A DNA stretch of 64,000 nucleotides from Longimicrobiales bacterium (GTDB lineage Bacteria > Gemmatimonadota > Gemmatimonadetes > Longimicrobiales > Gaopeijiaceae), in NCBI GenBank assembly GCA_965202805.1, contig OZ241869.1, positions 2,144,001 to 2,208,000 on the forward strand, given 5' to 3'. Made by a program: the position numbers and the translations under genes. The notes under the pieces are model-generated. The model had not been told where the DNA came from. It searched no databases and was given only the letters and a program-made list of their open reading frames with translations. This document shows, piece by piece, positions 40,919 through 49,545 of the stretch. Position 1 is the first letter of the stretch; each line of letters starts with the position of its first letter.

Positions 40919-41199
40919 GGCGTTTCCTCCTCCCCGAAGAATGAGACCCGGAGGCACCCGTGAAGCGACCATCCGGGCGGGTTCGAGCGCGTTGTCACGA
41001 AACCCTAGATAGATCGCCGGGGGGCGTCGGCGCAAGGGAGGATGGCGCGCCGACCCGGGCACAGAAGCGTACGTCGCCGCAGCGAAGCGGATGCTCGCAG
41101 GATGGGTGGTAGGCGACCAAGGGCAAACCGGTCAGCCGGCGACGTCGCCGGCGCTGCTCCAACGGTCCTGTGGTGCTGGTCGGGTTCGGGCCGCCCGAA

Positions 41200-41901
41200 C
41201 TACCGGTCCATGCCCGATGTCTCATCCGCTGCAACGCTGCCGTCCAGATACCCGCCGAAGGTCTCGTCGAACGCTCCCGGGAAGAACTCGCCGGTCACGA
41301 TCGACGCCTGCGTGGGGTCACCGTCCACCACCACGATGTTCAGGGGCGTGCCCCACTTTCGCGGATCGAGGAGCGCCTTGCGCATGCGGAAGTGCGATGT
41401 CGTGACGCGCACCAGGTCCTCGTCGTCGGGATCCGGATTGGGGCTGCCAAGGATGACCGGATACTCGATGCCGAACTCGTCGACGTAGTCGTCAACCACG
41501 TCGGGATGCGAGTATTCGCTGCGGCCGACGATCATCAGACCATCATCCCGGTGCGCACCGTACTTCGCCACCAGGTCGGGGGCCTCGTACCGGCAGTTGG
41601 CGCACCACTCGGCGAAATAGGTCAGGAGGGTGACGCGATTGTCGCGCACCAAGTCATCGAGGGCGATCTCCTCTCCGTCCCTGGAGGTGCCGGAGAAATC
41701 ACGGCGCAGGACTTCCCAGGGCACCAGGTAGTCGCCGCCCGCCCCGGCCACCTCCGCGGTCAGGTCGATCGCGACCACAGGCGAGTATTCGTGCGGGTGG
41801 GGTGCCGCCGCCTCTTCCGCGGGAGCCGCCGGGTTCATCACCAGCCACCCGCCGCCGGCCACCACCAGCAGCGCTACTGCCGAAACGATCCATCTGGTCA
41901 T
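41200..41901 (-). CDS. TlpA/ResA-like membrane-anchored thioredoxin-fold protein
   Basis: GGAGG RBS; N-terminal TM; YFAEWCANCRYEAP; IEYPVI; GTP cis-Pro loop. Confidence 0.82.
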   Translation of the reverse strand: MTRWIVSAVALLVVAGGGWLVMNPAAPAEEAAAPHPHEYSPVVAIDLTAEVAGAGGDYLVPWEVLRRDFSGTSRDGEEIALDDLVRDNRVTLLTYFAEWCANCRYEAPDLVAKYGAHRDDGLMIVGRSEYSHPDVVDDYVDEFGIEYPVILGSPNPDPDDEDLVRVTTSHFRMRKALLDPRKWGTPLNIVVVDGDPTQASIVTGEFFPGAFDETFGGYLDGSVAADETSGMDR

Positions 41902-42329
41902 CGGATTCTGCCTCCATCAGGGATTGCCTGAGTTGTTCTCGGCGAGGGGAAACAAAAACGCCCGCCAGCCGGGTCGCTGGTCGGGCCTCCGAGCATCCTC
42001 TGCTGAATCAGAGAGGGAGCTACATGGGTCGGCCCGCCCGACCCCGCATCGGGGCGCAACATGGACACGAGCAGACCTCGACGACGGACTGCCGCCCGCC
42101 GTGGCGTCGGGTATCTTCGTTGTGGCTCCGGATTGCGTACATTGCGAACCGGGGTTCGTCAGCAGGAATACTCGGCCAGCCTCGCAAAACCCAAAATGGA
42201 CCTGAACCGGGGATCGCGCAACGGCGGTCCCGGGAGCGCCGGGCGCCCGAACACGGGAATACCTTGTTGAAGCGACAGATTCCGACAGGCACCCGGGGCT
42301 CGGCAGCGAATGCCCGCTTCAGAACCGTG

Positions 42330-44705
42330 ATGGCACGTGCAGCCCGCGGACCGGCTCCCCCCGGCATTCGAGCGCGCGGATTCACGCACGGACTGCTGGC
42401 GGCATTCGTCCTGCTGCCCGGCGCACTCGCGGCGCAGACCGGCGGTGTGGAAGGGAGGATCCTCGACGCGGACGGGCCGCCCGTCTTCGCCGCCAACCTC
42501 ATGCTCGCACACCCGGCGACACCGGACCAGATCGAGCGCATCGCCGAATCGGATCGCTTCGGCTACTTCCGGATCGAGAGTCTGCTTCCAGGGCAGTACC
42601 TGCTGCGTGTCGAGCGAATCGGATACGGAGAAGTCGTCCAGCCCATCGACATCGTCGCCGACCGGCGCATCGAGGTCGATGTCACGCTGACCGCCTCTCC
42701 GGTTGAGCTCGAAGGCATCTCCGTCAGCACGGCGGAAACCCGCGAGCGCAGCCGCTTCCTGGAGACCGCGGGCGTGACGGTGCGCGAGATTTCGCAGGCG
42801 GAACTGCGTCTCGTGCCCGGACTCGCCGAAGCGGATCCCATCCGGGCGGTCGAGGTTCTGCCCGGGGTGGTGTCCACCTCGGACTTCACGGCGTCGTTCA
42901 ACGTGCGCGGCGGCTCCGCGGATCAGAACCTGATCCTGCTGGACGGCGTGCCCATCTTCAACCCGTTTCACCTGGGCGGCATCTTCTCGGTCTTCAACGC
43001 CGACATGGTGGGCCGGGTCGAGCTGAGCTCGGGCGGCTTCCCCGCCGAGCACGGCGGGCGGGTGTCGTCGCTGCTGCTCGTCGAGAGCGACCCCGGTACC
43101 GACGACTTCAGCGTCCGCGGCGGCGTGTCGCTGCTCGCAGCGCGGGCGGCTCTCGGAGGAAGGGCGCCCGCGGTCCTGGAGCGCACGCTCGGGCTCCAGC
43201 GTCTCAAGTGGCGGGCCTCCGGCCGGCGCTCCTGGTTCGACCAGCTGCCGGGATCGGTTCCCTATCATCTCACGGATTTCCAGGGCGTGGTGGAGGGATG
43301 GACGGCGGGCGGAAGCCGTCTCCTGATCACGGCCTACACGGGCGACGACATCTTCAACCTGACCGACGTCGACGAGGCCGACGAGGACGGTTTCCCCCTG
43401 CGCGCGGCCTGGGAATGGGGCAACGACCTGATCGGGATGCGCTGGACCATGCCTCGCCGCGACGGCGGAGCCTTCGACGTTCGGGCGGGCTACACCCGCT
43501 TCAACTCCCTCCTGGCCTTCCCCGATTTCTCGGATACGGAGTTCAGCAGCGGGATCTCGCAGCTGTCGGTGGGAGCTGAACTCGAACACGCCATGGGTCG
43601 GCAGTGGACGTTCAAGAGCGGGGTTTCCGCGGACCGGATGACGCACCTCAACCTGGTCCGGGCGGGCGGCACCCAATTCACCGACAACTCGGGCATGGGA
43701 TGGCTGGGAGGCGCCTTCGCGCATGCCGAGTGGAGGGGTGGGCTCGCCTGGCTGGTCGAAGCCGGAGTGCGCGCGGACCGCTGGGCGCCCACCCTGGGCG
43801 ATCCCATCAACCAGCTGGCCCCGAGGCTCGCGGTGAAGCGGTTCCTCCGCGGCGGCGACATCGCGGTGAAGGCCGCGGCGGGCCGCTTCACCCAGTTTCT
43901 GCACTCGGCACGGGACGACGAGGTGCCCATCGGCATCGACGTATGGGTGCTCACCGGGCACCTGGCGCCCCACATCGCTTCCGACCAGGCCCAGGTGGGG
44001 GTCGACGCATACTTCCCGGGAGGGTGGTTTGCGTCGCTGGAGGTCTACGAGCGGTTCTTCGATGGCGTCACCACCTTCAACCCGGTCGACGACCCGAACC
44101 GGGGCGACGACGACCTGTTGCCCGGCAGCGGCCGGTCGCGCGGGATCGACCTGTTCCTGCGCAGGACGGGGCAGGGCCTGACCGGCTGGGTGTCGGCCTC
44201 GTGGCTGCGCGCCACGCGCACCTTCCCGAACTACCTGAGCGGCCGCCAGCCCCCGCCCGACCACACCTATCCGCCGATCTTCGACCGCCGGCTGGACCTG
44301 GACGTGGTTCTGCGGGTTCCCCTGCCCGCGGGCATGCGCGGCGGGGTGCGCTGGAACCTGGGGACCGGCCTGCCCTACACCCGGCCCCTGGCCTCCTTCG
44401 TGTACTTCTCTCCGCAGAACGTCTCGGGCGGGCGCCTCACATCGCAGGACGACGAAGCCAACGCCATGTTGCTCGGCCCGCGCAACGGCAACCGCTACCC
44501 GGCGTATCACCGCCTCGACCTCAGCATGCGCCGCACCTTCACCTTCGGCTGGGGCACGCTCACGCCCCACCTCGACGTGCTCAACGTCTACAACCGCAAG
44601 AACGTCCTCTTCTACTTCTTCGACTATTCCGCGGACACGGCGACCCGTTCCGGCCTGTCCATGTTCCCGATTCTGCCCACGGTGGGGGTGGAGGTGACGT
44701 TCTGA
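42330..44705 (+). CDS. TonB-dependent receptor (carboxypeptidase-regulatory-like domain, plug, barrel)
   Basis: LPGVV...FNVRGGSADQNLILLDGVPIFNPFHLGGIFSVFN; YHRLDLS; NVYNRKN; C-terminal Phe. Start uncertain. Confidence 0.87.
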   Translation: MARAARGPAPPGIRARGFTHGLLAAFVLLPGALAAQTGGVEGRILDADGPPVFAANLMLAHPATPDQIERIAESDRFGYFRIESLLPGQYLLRVERIGYGEVVQPIDIVADRRIEVDVTLTASPVELEGISVSTAETRERSRFLETAGVTVREISQAELRLVPGLAEADPIRAVEVLPGVVSTSDFTASFNVRGGSADQNLILLDGVPIFNPFHLGGIFSVFNADMVGRVELSSGGFPAEHGGRVSSLLLVESDPGTDDFSVRGGVSLLAARAALGGRAPAVLERTLGLQRLKWRASGRRSWFDQLPGSVPYHLTDFQGVVEGWTAGGSRLLITAYTGDDIFNLTDVDEADEDGFPLRAAWEWGNDLIGMRWTMPRRDGGAFDVRAGYTRFNSLLAFPDFSDTEFSSGISQLSVGAELEHAMGRQWTFKSGVSADRMTHLNLVRAGGTQFTDNSGMGWLGGAFAHAEWRGGLAWLVEAGVRADRWAPTLGDPINQLAPRLAVKRFLRGGDIAVKAAAGRFTQFLHSARDDEVPIGIDVWVLTGHLAPHIASDQAQVGVDAYFPGGWFASLEVYERFFDGVTTFNPVDDPNRGDDDLLPGSGRSRGIDLFLRRTGQGLTGWVSASWLRATRTFPNYLSGRQPPPDHTYPPIFDRRLDLDVVLRVPLPAGMRGGVRWNLGTGLPYTRPLASFVYFSPQNVSGGRLTSQDDEANAMLLGPRNGNRYPAYHRLDLSMRRTFTFGWGTLTPHLDVLNVYNRKNVLFYFFDYSADTATRSGLSMFPILPTVGVEVTF

Positions 44706-45658
44706 TGAGTCCCCGCGGCTTTGGCACCCTGTGCGCGCTGGCGGCCCTTCCGGTGTCGGCGGTGGGGTGCGAACTCCAGGACATCACTGTGGCGCGGTCC
44801 GAGAATGTGGTCGTAGCCGAGATCTACCTCTCATCCGACGTCGACGGAGTCTACGCCACCGCGTGGATCCACAGGACGCTGGGGGGTGCAGCCTCGACGC
44901 AGGAGACTTCTCTTGCGGATGTCTTCGTGCGCGCGGAGTCCCGCGTCTCCACGGTTCGTCTCCTCTCGGCCGAGCCTTCGGTTTGCGCCGGCGACGAGCT
45001 TCCCGAGGACTTCCCGGGGTCGTGCTATTTCTCGGGACCGCTCGATCCCCGCCACTTCGGGCCGGGTTCGTTCGTGGAAGCGATCGTTCGTCTGCCCGAC
45101 GGAGGTCGCATCACGGGACAGACGCGCGTGCCGGGCCCCTACGAACTCCGGAGTCCGCGCACCAATCGCCGCCGGACATGCTGGCTGGAACCGGCCCGAC
45201 GCCTCAACGTGGAATGGACCCGCGCCGAAGGCGCGTGGGCCTACATTTCCGAGACGCAGATCATCAACCTCACTGCAGCGCTCGAGGACGCGAACGTCGA
45301 AGTAGAGGAAGATCCGCTGCTCCTGGTCGGTCTGTCCGTATCGGAAGCGGACACCACCATCGTATTCCCCTCGGAATTCGGCCTGTTCGACCGTCCCAAC
45401 CTGGGGCGCGATCTGGCATTGGTTCTGCAAGAGGGACTACCTTTCGGAACGCAGGCGGAAGTAGTGATCGCGGCCGCCGACCGAAACTACGTCAACTGGG
45501 TACGGCGCGGCGCCTTCAACCCGTCGGGCATCGTTCGCGTTCCCAGCCTCCACGGGGACGGCACGGGCGTATTCGGGTCGGTCGTGCGCCAGCGCTTCAC
45601 GGTCGATGCGGGTCTGGACCTCCCAAGACCGGGACCCTGTGAGCCGGTGGAGCCGTAG
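44705..45658 (+). CDS. DUF4249-like lipoprotein partner of the TonB receptor
   Basis: TGATG coupling to the receptor; lipobox AVGC; VVVAEIYL; C-terminal GTGVFGSV. Confidence 0.7.
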   Translation: MSPRGFGTLCALAALPVSAVGCELQDITVARSENVVVAEIYLSSDVDGVYATAWIHRTLGGAASTQETSLADVFVRAESRVSTVRLLSAEPSVCAGDELPEDFPGSCYFSGPLDPRHFGPGSFVEAIVRLPDGGRITGQTRVPGPYELRSPRTNRRRTCWLEPARRLNVEWTRAEGAWAYISETQIINLTAALEDANVEVEEDPLLLVGLSVSEADTTIVFPSEFGLFDRPNLGRDLALVLQEGLPFGTQAEVVIAAADRNYVNWVRRGAFNPSGIVRVPSLHGDGTGVFGSVVRQRFTVDAGLDLPRPGPCEPVEP

Positions 45659-45729
45659 AACGATGACCAGGCCGGGACATCCCTTTACATCCCCTGCCGT
45701 GTCCGCAACAAGAGCTACGAGAGGAGAAG

Positions 45730-46833
45730 ATGGCGAACATAATCATCCCGCCCGGCTGGCGAATCCCGGAATCTGAAGCGACACCCCACGGGGTATATCT
45801 GCGGCGTCGGGAATTCGTGCGCACGCTGGGTCTCGGGGTGGCCGCGCTGGGGTCGGCGGCGTGCGGGTCGAAGTTCATCGCGAACGAAGAAGATCCCGTG
45901 GAGCCGGAACCGCCGCCGGATCCGTCGGATCCGACGGACCCCACCCAGCCCGTCGATCCGCCGGACACCGGGGCCTGGACCTGCGACGACGATCCACCGC
46001 GGGACCCGCTTCACACCATCTGCCCCTCTCCCAACGCCGACCTCTATCCGCCGGAGCGCAACACCACCTACACCCTCGGCTCGCGGGCGATCACGGACCG
46101 CGGCGTCGTTTCGACGTACAACAACTACTACGAATTCAGGGTCGGGGCCGGGAACATCTGGCGCCTGACCGGTCCCTTCCGGGTTCGTCCCTGGACGGTG
46201 ACCTTCTCCGGACTGTGCAACGCCCCGGCCACCTGGGATGTCGACGAGCTCGAGCGCATGTTCGGCATCGAGGAGCGGCTCTACCGCCTGCGCTGCGTCG
46301 AGACCTGGGCGATAGCCGTCCCCTGGGCCGGCTATCCCCTGCGCAAGCTGATCGAACTGGCCGAGCCCAACTCATCGGCCACCCATGTCGCCTTTCGCAG
46401 TTACCTGCGGCCCGAGCAGGCGATCGGGCAGGAGAGCGGGCAGTACCCGTGGCCCTATTACGAAGCGCTGCGCCTCGACGAGGCCATGAACGAGCTCGCC
46501 TTCGTGGTGACCGGCGCCTACGGCGAGCCCCTGCCCAAGCAGAACGGGGCCCCGCTACGGCTCGCACTGCCATGGAAGTACGGTTACAAGAGCGCCAAGG
46601 GCTTTCTGGAGGTGGAGTTCACCGACACCCAGCCGGGGACCTTCTGGTCGGATATTTCGCCGACCCAGTACGGGTTCTACTCCAACGTCAATCCCGACGT
46701 GGGAACCCCCTGGTCACAAGCCAACGAGCGCCACCTGCCCGGCAACACGTCCCAGCCGACGGAGCTCTTCAACGGCTACGGGGAGTTCGTGGCCGACCTG
46801 TACGATGCCGAGCTGCTGACCCGCGTAAGCTAG
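45730..46833 (+). CDS. msrP: Protein-methionine-sulfoxide reductase catalytic subunit (molybdopterin, sulfite oxidase family)
   Basis: GAGGAG RBS; SEATP..VYLRRREFV Tat signal; YNNYYEF; ERLYRLRCVETW (Mo-ligand Cys); LRLDEAMN; QNGAPLRLALPWKYGYKS; YGFYSNVNP; WSQANER. Confidence 0.9.
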   Translation: MANIIIPPGWRIPESEATPHGVYLRRREFVRTLGLGVAALGSAACGSKFIANEEDPVEPEPPPDPSDPTDPTQPVDPPDTGAWTCDDDPPRDPLHTICPSPNADLYPPERNTTYTLGSRAITDRGVVSTYNNYYEFRVGAGNIWRLTGPFRVRPWTVTFSGLCNAPATWDVDELERMFGIEERLYRLRCVETWAIAVPWAGYPLRKLIELAEPNSSATHVAFRSYLRPEQAIGQESGQYPWPYYEALRLDEAMNELAFVVTGAYGEPLPKQNGAPLRLALPWKYGYKSAKGFLEVEFTDTQPGTFWSDISPTQYGFYSNVNPDVGTPWSQANERHLPGNTSQPTELFNGYGEFVADLYDAELLTRVS

Positions 46834-46932
46834 TGCCAGCCCGGACCGGACTCCGGCCAGAGTGCCCGGACCGGGGCGAACAGGCTTGCTACAGGAAGGT
46901 GGCTTGAGCCGCCGCGCGCGTCGCAGGGCGCC

Positions 46933-47790
46933 CTAGAGCGAGAGACGGGTGAAGTAGCCCACCACGATCTCGGGACCGGTGGCAAGGTTCTGGCCGGACA
47001 GGGGCAGCCGGGAACCCAGCTCCACCTGCCCGGGACCCGCGGTTACCAGCAGCGCCGGGTAGAGCCGCACCATCTCGCGCTTCTGTCCCGCCCCCCCGAG
47101 TCCCACGGCTGTGAACGCTCCGCCGTACCACCCCTCAAACTGGATCTTGAAGCCCAGCACGTCGCCACCACCCCCGAAGCTCACGTTAAAGAAACGCTCG
47201 TCGCCGAAGTCGCTTCCGTCCTCCTTCGCCTCACGCCAGCGGTAGCCGGCCCAGCCCTGCGCATAGAAGGGCCGCGGCCAGAAGGAGTGTCCCACCTCCG
47301 CCAGCACTTCCCAGTCGCGCTGACCGTCCCCCAGCGGGATGAGGTTGGTTCCGGATTCGAAATTGGTGGGAAGCTTGGTGCCTGCACGGATGGCGAAGGG
47401 GAAGTCGCTGCCCAGAAGCCGCAGCGGAGCCGTGCGCACGTACACGCGGGTATCGCCGAATCCCCACGAAATACGGGTGCCTTCAAGGTTGGCGAACTCG
47501 AGGCGGTGGTAGGACGGCTGAACCCAGATGTCCACGCCGGGAGCGATGCCCATCGCGATCGTCAGGAAGGAGGACGCCGTCTGCGCGTGACCGTCCAGAA
47601 CGATATCGCGGACGTCGCCGGTGGGGCTGAATTCTTCGCGGGTGTCGAGATAGTACATCGCGAAGGAGGCCCACCCCTGGCGCTCGGGCTCAATCCACTG
47701 ACCGCGTACCGGCGAGGCCAGGAGCGAGAGCGTGAGAGCCGCCAGGGCGAGGCCGCGATGGATGACCGGGGCGTGTATCGATTGAGTCAT
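46933..47790 (-). CDS. Putative outer-membrane beta-barrel protein (paralog of 47939-48844)
   Basis: Signal peptide then QWIEP..QGW; alternating aromatic beta strands; IPLGDGQRDWE. Confidence 0.72.
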   Translation of the reverse strand: MTQSIHAPVIHRGLALAALTLSLLASPVRGQWIEPERQGWASFAMYYLDTREEFSPTGDVRDIVLDGHAQTASSFLTIAMGIAPGVDIWVQPSYHRLEFANLEGTRISWGFGDTRVYVRTAPLRLLGSDFPFAIRAGTKLPTNFESGTNLIPLGDGQRDWEVLAEVGHSFWPRPFYAQGWAGYRWREAKEDGSDFGDERFFNVSFGGGGDVLGFKIQFEGWYGGAFTAVGLGGAGQKREMVRLYPALLVTAGPGQVELGSRLPLSGQNLATGPEIVVGYFTRLSL

Positions 47791-47938
47791 GGCGTATCGT
47801 GCGACGCTGTATGGGGAGTGGAAGGCTCGGCCGGTTTGCGCCCGACCGGGTGAACGGGCCGCTGGCCGGGTGAAAGGGCCGTCGTCGGCCGCTCTGCCGC
47901 AAAACAGGGGCACAATCCGTGCCACGGTGGATGGCGGG

Positions 47939-48844
47939 TCACGTCTCCGCCCGTAACCTTACAAAATAGCCGATCACCAGCGTGTTGCCAGCCGGCAGGT
48001 TGGTGCCGCGCACCGGAATCTGCACTCCGGCCTTCGCCGAACCCGCCCCCAGCCGGTAGCTGACTGAAGGCGTAAGGCGCAGCATCGAACGGGACGCCGT
48101 GGCGATCGAGAGTCCCTCGATGACCGGAACGCCGCCGTCCCAGCCTTCGGCGATGAGGCTCGCCCCAAGGCGCCCGAATTCGGTTCCGCCGGAGAGCAGG
48201 AAGAACACCTCATCGCCGAAGTCCCTCCGCGACTCCAGGTTCTCCTCCCGCCAGCGATGGCCGATCCAGGCGCTCACATACGCGGGTACGGGATAGAAGG
48301 AATGGCCCAGCTCGAGAACCAGCTCCCAGTCTCTTTGTCCGTCTCCGAGCGGAATGACTTCGGCATCCACGGCGAAATCGCCGACGGGGACCTTCGCCCC
48401 GCCCCTGATCGCCAACGGGAACCCGCTGCCGAGATAGCGGCCGGGCTGTACGCGCAGGTAGAAGCGCGTGTCGCCGATGCCCGAGCGCAGCCGGTCGCCG
48501 CCCAGGTCGTCGAAGCGGAGGCGCTGGAACGGCACCTGCACCCAGGCGTCGACTCCGGGAACCAGCCCCATCGCGACCGTGGCGAACGCGGATGTGCTGA
48601 CCGCGTGCCCCTGCGTGAAGGGGTCGAAGGCCCTGATGTCACCGTCCGAGTGGAAGGCCTCTCGCGTGTCCAGGTGAAAGACCGAGACGTCCATCCAGCC
48701 CCGGCCGGGCGGCTCGACCCACTGGGCGCCCGCCTCTGTGACGCGGCCCGCCAGGATCATGGCCGTCATGAAAGCCGCAACGAGCAAGTCCCCCCCGGTC
48801 CGGGAGCGAGAGCCGGGGGATGCGGCAGGCCGGCTCCGCATCAC
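47939..48844 (-). CDS. Putative outer-membrane beta-barrel protein (paralog of 46933-47790)
   Basis: QWVEPPGRGW; LDTRE; GIGDTR; IPLGDGQRDWE; start overlaps the upstream stop. Confidence 0.72.
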   Translation of the reverse strand: MMRSRPAASPGSRSRTGGDLLVAAFMTAMILAGRVTEAGAQWVEPPGRGWMDVSVFHLDTREAFHSDGDIRAFDPFTQGHAVSTSAFATVAMGLVPGVDAWVQVPFQRLRFDDLGGDRLRSGIGDTRFYLRVQPGRYLGSGFPLAIRGGAKVPVGDFAVDAEVIPLGDGQRDWELVLELGHSFYPVPAYVSAWIGHRWREENLESRRDFGDEVFFLLSGGTEFGRLGASLIAEGWDGGVPVIEGLSIATASRSMLRLTPSVSYRLGAGSAKAGVQIPVRGTNLPAGNTLVIGYFVRLRAET

Positions 48845-49359
48845 GGACCGCTGATCTGGACCGTCACCGTGGCGGACTGCGAATCTCCGGCCACCGTGGA
48901 TACGGTCGCGCGCGCCACGTAGGTGCCGGGTTCCTCGTAGGCGTAGTCGAAGTGGCCAGCCTGTGTGTTGATGTTGACCGGCGCCCCGCCGGTGTAGATG
49001 AACGGGACTGTCTCCATTTCTCCCGTACCGTATTCCACCACGGTCTGGGACAGGTTGGTGCCCCGCGACTCGTAGCGGAACCGGATCTCCTGGCCCACGG
49101 CCGCGCTCTCCTGGCTCACGGTCAGGTTGACGGTCAGCGGCTGGGGCTCAAGGGGCGGGTTCAGGCACGAGACGAGGAAGAGCGTGCACGCTCCCGGCGC
49201 CAGGAGCCGATACCGGGGGAGCCTCCGGGCGGGCCATCCGCGAGATGCCCGGGGAACTGTGGAGCCGCGAGTCCCGCCCCTGCGACCGGCGGCCTCGGCG
49301 TGCGTGCTTCTCGCCGGAGCGGCGCCCTCGGCGGAACCGGGCATGGATTGGCTGAACAT
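48841..49359 (-). CDS. Lipoprotein with PKD/Ig-like domain
   Basis: Lipobox LVSC; EYGTGE...YAYEEPGTYVARATV PKD-like motif. Start uncertain. Confidence 0.6.
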   Translation of the reverse strand: MFSQSMPGSAEGAAPARSTHAEAAGRRGGTRGSTVPRASRGWPARRLPRYRLLAPGACTLFLVSCLNPPLEPQPLTVNLTVSQESAAVGQEIRFRYESRGTNLSQTVVEYGTGEMETVPFIYTGGAPVNINTQAGHFDYAYEEPGTYVARATVSTVAGDSQSATVTVQISGP

Positions 49360-49545
49360 CGTAGACCTGCCTCTCTGTATTCCTTGGTCCGCGCGTGGTG
49401 GCGAACACATCTGTCGAAACCTATGTTAGTCGTAGGAAATTGTCTGCATCTCAGACCTGCGAGATCAGGCCGGTCCGACCGGGTGGTTTGTGTCCTCCCG
49501 GCGGGCCGGGCCGGTGGCGCATGTCCGCGATCCGGAGGCCACGGA

